In this document: piece by piece, positions 58,761 through 64,000 of the stretch
How positions within the stretch are numbered: the stretch's first letter is position 1
How the letters are laid out: each line of letters opens with the position of its first letter
Assembly: GCA_021613535.1 (NCBI GenBank)
Contig: CP075496.1
Location: forward strand, 5,766,001 to 5,830,000
Length of the DNA: 64,000 nt
Source: Adineta vaga
Lineage: Eukaryota > Animalia > Rotifera
Reading direction: 5' to 3'
Position numbers and translations under genes: made by a program
Notes under the pieces: generated by a model
What the model saw: only the letters and a program-made list of their open reading frames with translations
Database searches by the model: none
Told to the model about the DNA's origin: nothing

Positions 58761-60532
58761 TTAATAGAACACTTTAACTGATCTGCTTGAAGTTATTTGT
58801 TTCGCAGTGATCAATTAGCGTATGTACTAGAACGACATAGTCGATGTGTTTTTTCATCCTAATTCAAAGATTTATTATATATTGAGTTTTCGACAGTATT
58901 GAATACAAGAAATTTAGGGACGATGGCACATATTTGAACAGCTTTTTTCTATTTCATTGGCATATCGTATAAAAAGAAGTCTATTAATAGCATTGCATTC
59001 TTTCTGAATGAATTGTATTTAAAAACATTCCACTTCTTTTTGCGATTTTAACCTACATGTTTACATTAAAGATACGTAAATCAACTTGATTCATGTCATT
59101 TAACTATAGCATTATATATACATATATGATAAAAATCGAGTGAAGATAACCTTGTCTTTGACATGTTCCTTGAAGAAACAACATTTCTCGTGTACATTTA
59201 CATTTAAATCAGCAACGAATAATTCTATAGTGTTTTGCATTCATAATTACCATGTACAATGAGTATAGCTTACTATGTTTGAAGTTTTTCTGTTATCTTC
59301 AAATAATAGTATTTATCTATTTAAGAAGAAAAATAACTATTAGCTACGTGCTAATACTATCGAACGGAGTTATCTTTCGATCATTTAGACATTGATATTC
59401 ATCATTCTCTATTAATCGTAATAAAGATGATGGTCGTCATCTCTCATTTGTCATATTTCATTTATACAATATGATGATGGACATATGTGTTTACGTTATG
59501 TTTGATGGCAAAAAGGCCAGTAATATGCATAACGATTAATTTAATACTCATGCGCAATTTCCTCTTCTTGTGTTTTTTTCTCCTAATAACAAAAACTAAC
59601 AAGATGCGTACATATATATATAAATAACTGTACGTATTCAAGTCGACAATTGTAGTACGCGAAGAAATCAAAAATATAGGAGAAAGTCAAGCACGCATAA
59701 TAAGTACTTTGCCTACAGTAATGACACACACATATATATATATATATATATACCAAACGATTTGCCAGTTGGTCTTTTAAAAGCTGTACTTTAGTTCTTT
59801 CTGCAGATGAAATTACAATTTCTCTTGTACCCATTCTAATTTTAACAAAAAAATAGTACAATAATCAGATGTTAACTCATATTAACATTAATGAATCATA
59901 TAGCAAAGACAATACTTTCATTTTACTAACGGAGAACAAGAAGAAGAAGAAGAAAAAACGAAATCGCACAGGAAGCAGCTAGAATATTTATATAGTCTAT
60001 CCGACACGAAATACAGTCTTCAAGCTGCACCTATTTTGATTGATCTACTATGAAAAGCGAACAAAAAAACACGAGACAGAAGAAAAAAGAAAGTTGGATG
60101 TTAGATAATAGGAAGACAAACGGAAGAAAACAAAGGACGTCATTCGAAAGCAGAGATCAAACACACACACACAAACAAAAAAAAGTAGAAATGGCAGATA
60201 GATCCTCACAACATGCTTGTTTTTTTCCATTTTCTTTCCTTTTAATATACATGATTGAAATGAATCAAACAAACAAACAAAACTATTACTTAAGCATGAT
60301 AACTATGCAAAAGTATGCAAGAGGCACAGTAGTGAAATCATGTGTATTAGTTTCACGTACACACTAGATGAAAGAGGAAAAAAACGAAACTAGACGAAAA
60401 GTAGAAGAAGAAGAAGACAAACACAATAATAGTGGAGTATGTGTGAATGAGAAAGACAATTAGCATACACACATACACATATGTCTTTAAATGAATGAGA
60501 TGACAATATGAAAGATAGATAGGAATAATTAT

Positions 60533-62097
60533 TCATGTTGGTCGTGCATTAAGTCTAGGAGAAGGAAGATCGCCGAACAATTCTGTACCATCTGTACACA
60601 TTGATCGACTTAAATCACGAAACGATTTTCCAATGCGTTCAAGATCATCACTACCATCATCATCCTTGAATAAGAAAGAAAGAAAGAAAAGATTAGATAC
60701 TGTATGTATTATTAATGATAATAGTAACTACTTGATGAGGAATAGCATATGCAGCTGAAGGACGAAACGTAATTTCTCGTGGTAATGACATAGCAAAATT
60801 TGATATGTTACTATTATTAATGTACCAACCTGAATGGAAAGTTATTTGTGTATAATTTAATTGATTTGAAAAAAGGAATAAGTTTATCTTACCTTGATTT
60901 TCTAGCATAGGATCATCATTTGTTTCATCGTCGGTAGTAGTATTTCGTTCCGAAAATGCCTGATATATCGTGAAGAAAAAGAAATAAAATATTCAAACGA
61001 TAATTAACGTAAACATACTCGGTCAATTGTTGATAAATTTCGACCGGAATCTGCTGCACTAATATCGAAAATATCCGAGCCAAATCCTGATTCAGTACTA
61101 TAGAAGATACAAATGAAGAATCTATTAATTTAAAAAAAATGTTAATATACCTGTTTTCATTAATATATGAACTGGAAGTTTGTAAAGTTGGTGATCCTTT
61201 TGTGCTTGATGTATGTCGAGATACCGATCGCATTAAACTATATTCAATATAAATAATCATCATTTCATATTAGTTCTATTATATGAATTTTACTTTAAGA
61301 ATACATCGAGTTCTTTGTTTAATGTATCTTGTTTTGATTTTAATATTTCTTCTTGTTCACGTTGATACATTCTATTGAAAAGAAAAACATTATTTATTTT
61401 GTTTTTAAAAAATAAAAAACAAAAATCTTACCGAATTCTTTCTTCTGTTTCTCGTTCCATATTTTCTGTTGATTGTCGAAAAAGTTGCTGTGCTAATTCA
61501 CATTCACGTTGAACATTATCATCTAAAATCAAAGAAAAACATAATTTTCCAGACAATTTCATTTCATTCTATTTACCTTGTGAACGAAGTAACCGTCTCA
61601 TGCTTAAACTATTCAACATGTCTGGTAATACTATCCGTGCTACTTTCGAATAATTTGGATCATGATAAATAGTACTAACTGATGATTCATCCTGAAAAAT
61701 ATCATTCGAATTCAAATTAACATATGAAAATATTCTTAATCAAAATCTTACCAAAAGATCTTTGTTGATTAACATTCGACTTGGAGCTATATTTGTAACA
61801 TGGGTATATAGATTACAGCCTGAGCACCGGTTCAATTTCATGTCACGCACGGGTATTATTTGGAGAAGACTCTGCCATGTAATATGTATCGATTGATCGG
61901 TTGGGACCTGGCATACATACCATTCATGTGCTATATTAACATATTGTGCTAAATCAACGGGTACAAATTCTAAACAGTTTCGAATGAAAGAAAATTTAAT
62001 ATTGAAAAAAGATATTCATACTTGTCAGTGTTTCTTGATCATCGGCTGCTTCCAGTGCATCAATATTAATATTGAGGCAATGGCAAAAGAAACGCAT
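60533..62097 (-). CDS. AKT1S1: PRAS40/Lobe-like mTORC1 regulator (multi-exon)
   Basis: Spliced N-terminus MRFFCHCLNI...C..C..YTH...YSK..RIVL (invertebrate PRAS40/Lobe-type); FAMSLP; C-terminus DLERIGKSFRDLSRS..DGTELFGDLPSPRLN vs human DLDRIAASMRAL....DTQVFGDLPRPRLNT. Confidence 0.8.
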
Positions 62098-63034
62098 GAC
62101 TAGAAAACAACCAAACTCACACACTCACACACACTCTCGCGTCTTTTGTTGAAAAAGAAATCTTAAATAAATCGAAAAAAAATAACAAAAAAAAAGATTC
62201 AATCTAATAAAGGTAGCTACTACGTATGATAAATAATCTAAGCATTCAAACATCGGCATAAACAGGTCGAATGAAAATGCACGAGGGCGAGGGTAACTTA
62301 TTTTTGTGTTCTTGTTCTCGATTGATGACTCATGCATACTCGTCGATATATTTACTTTTAAAACTAGGCAATTCTGATCAAAGATTTATTCATTTTGTTT
62401 TTCTTTTGTAAAAGAATTTATTCGAAGTTTTCTTTAGAGAAAACAAATGTCGCTTTTACAAGAAGAAATGAAATATGATCGGTGGAATTCTTCTATCCAA
62501 TCAAATTTTTTCTTTCTTTCTTTCTTTAACAGGCTTATTTTCTTCTAATATTTGAAAACAATCTAAATGAGAGAACAAATAAACATTTAATAACAGAGAA
62601 TTTGTTTTCGTAAAAAAATATAACTTCACATAGAAAAGATTTCAAATTAATGAAAGAGACATATTTGGTTTCTTGACAATAGAACATCTATACAAGTATT
62701 TTAACAGGCGTAACTAGAAAAGTCACGAAAATATGGATTCTCAATCAGAGTCTTTTTTTATTTTTTTTGAAAAAAATACATATTCTTGATATCTCTATAA
62801 AATGTGCATCTGTTTCATATCCATCATGATTACGTTACATTTCGTAGCAATTTCTATGTCTTCTTTGTTTCTTATGTACCATCCAGTCATCGACATCCAG
62901 TAGATTCTAAGTACACTTTCAATAAGACTACTTCGGGAATCATGCTAAGATCTTTTCTTCAAAGCATCATACTTAATCTATTCAAAATGAATCTTACTAA
63001 TTACGCTTTTATTTTTCTTATAGAAAACTACAAA

Positions 63035-63328
63035 ATGCCAATAAAAGTTTACATGACAAATATAGCTAGTAATCAATTAACAATTGGTAATCAACGAAAA
63101 TTAAAACATATACTTGATACGAATAAAATCGATTATAATGAAATTGATATTAGTGATGCTAAGAATAGTAATGAAAAAGAATTTCTTCAACGAACATTAG
63201 CTTCATTAAATCAAAAAATGAGTTTACCATACGTCTTCAATGAAGAACAATATTGTTGTGATTTCGAAGGAATATCATCCGCAGTGGAATCAAATTCACT
63301 CAAAGAAATCTTGAAATTAGATAACTGA
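63035..63328 (+). CDS. SH3BGRL: SH3BGR-family thioredoxin/glutaredoxin-fold protein
   Basis: IKVYMTNIAS......Q......L....IDY.EIDIS.....EKEFL......LPYVFNEEQYCCDFE....AVE.N.L.EILKL. The real start is the ATG at 63035, not the ORF-track start at 62804. Confidence 0.85.
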   Translation: MPIKVYMTNIASNQLTIGNQRKLKHILDTNKIDYNEIDISDAKNSNEKEFLQRTLASLNQKMSLPYVFNEEQYCCDFEGISSAVESNSLKEILKLDN

Positions 63329-63483
63329 TGAATATGACAATCAAAAATGATCTCTTATACCTTTTTCTTCTCATACATAAAACTATGAACACCGGTTATT
63401 TTTTTCTTTTCGTACCTTTTTTTGTGATTGATTTGATTTGATTTGATGAAAATGAATATAATCGAGAATTGATTTTTCTAGAT

Positions 63484-64000
63484 ATGACAACATTGAAATT
63501 TGTACCCTACTCAAGTGCATTTGATACAGGTTTTTGGCATGAATTAACACGGCGAAAACTTGATATCTATCGACTTGATTCATCAGATCAAGCGATTTTC
63601 GGTTATTATTCAAACGGTAAACATTGAAAACGAGAGAAATTTTCAAGTTGTTCTTGTTTATTCTAATAGACGCCAATGATAATATGCCGGCATTATTCAA
63701 TGTTGATCATCAGTGTTTTGATGAGTAAGAAAGATTCGATTGTTTTAAGAGATTCGCCAAAAGAAATAAATCAATTTTTTTATTCGATATTGAGGGGTTA
63801 ATCAACATTAATTTTAGCTTATACTTGTTCGAGATCATTCATTTATGCGCATTAGAGAAATAATAATCATCAATTTTAATAATTCTTTAGAAATAATAAA
63901 ACTCTTAATCAACAACATCAGCAGCAATATACAGTCGATGGTACTTTAAAACTTGTTAATACAATTGAAGAATTTAAAACTTTTGATATTGATAAAGCCT
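63484..64000 (+). CDS. ATG7: Autophagy E1-like enzyme ATG7, 5' partial (runs off the window)
   Basis: MTTLKFVPYSSAFDTGFWHELTRRKLDIYRLD.....FGYYSN ... GTLKLVNTIEEFKTFD matches the ATG7 N-terminal domain (LQFAPFSSALD.GFWHELT.KKL..YRLD...GYY.N...GTL.NTNTLE.FK). Confidence 0.9.

Noticed and set aside
59462-60530. Several short ORFs in the PRAS40-like 3' region and similar ORFs in other UTRs (e.g. 689-985, 11712-12075, 16746-16934)
   Set aside because: Low-complexity A/T-rich UTR sequence giving Phe/Lys-biased spurious translations.
1-64000. Horizontally acquired bacterial or fungal genes, tRNA or rRNA genes
   Set aside because: All recognisable genes belong to ordinary metazoan/eukaryotic families. 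No tRNA or rRNA signature was seen by eye, though small ncRNAs could be missed without a covariance-model search.

Overview
AT-rich, gene-dense eukaryotic (metazoan) DNA with very short GT-AG introns (mostly 45-65 nt). Intron size, base composition and gene content suggest a bdelloid-type rotifer, but this is inference. Gene order: BicD 3' end, SPSB3-like SPRY/SOCS protein, a Cys-rich repeat membrane protein, an orphan gene directly followed by an ADD-less ATRX/XNP, three tandem membrane-anchored alpha-carbonic anhydrases (split by a ~3.7 kb Helentron/DINE-1-like composite element that holds two CCCAGGTC-ended MITEs), a divergent Naa50-like GNAT, CPEB1-like, Axin, a very tight co-oriented cluster TAF12-like/RPA3/NDUFS3/MRPL36, a Pro-rich protein, an F-box/WD40 gene with an antisense gene nested in one intron, importin-alpha, a PDZ-like/RSPH4-6 radial-spoke gene, a WxxW-trypsin-like pseudogene, PRAS40-like, SH3BGR-like and the 5' end of ATG7. 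The most notable signal is the four-gene housekeeping cluster at 39.46-42.04 kb. Its spacers are 35-185 nt, and each has a polyA signal followed by a 3' splice acceptor just before the next ATG, which fits a polycistronic operon resolved by spliced-leader trans-splicing. Two more operon-like junctions occur (orphan to ATRX, SH3BGR to ATG7). Other highlights: a PRAS40 lacking its Akt site, a probable RGS-less Axin isoform, and a PDZ-like domain fused to a radial spoke head protein. All homology calls come from recognising motifs by eye; no database search was run.
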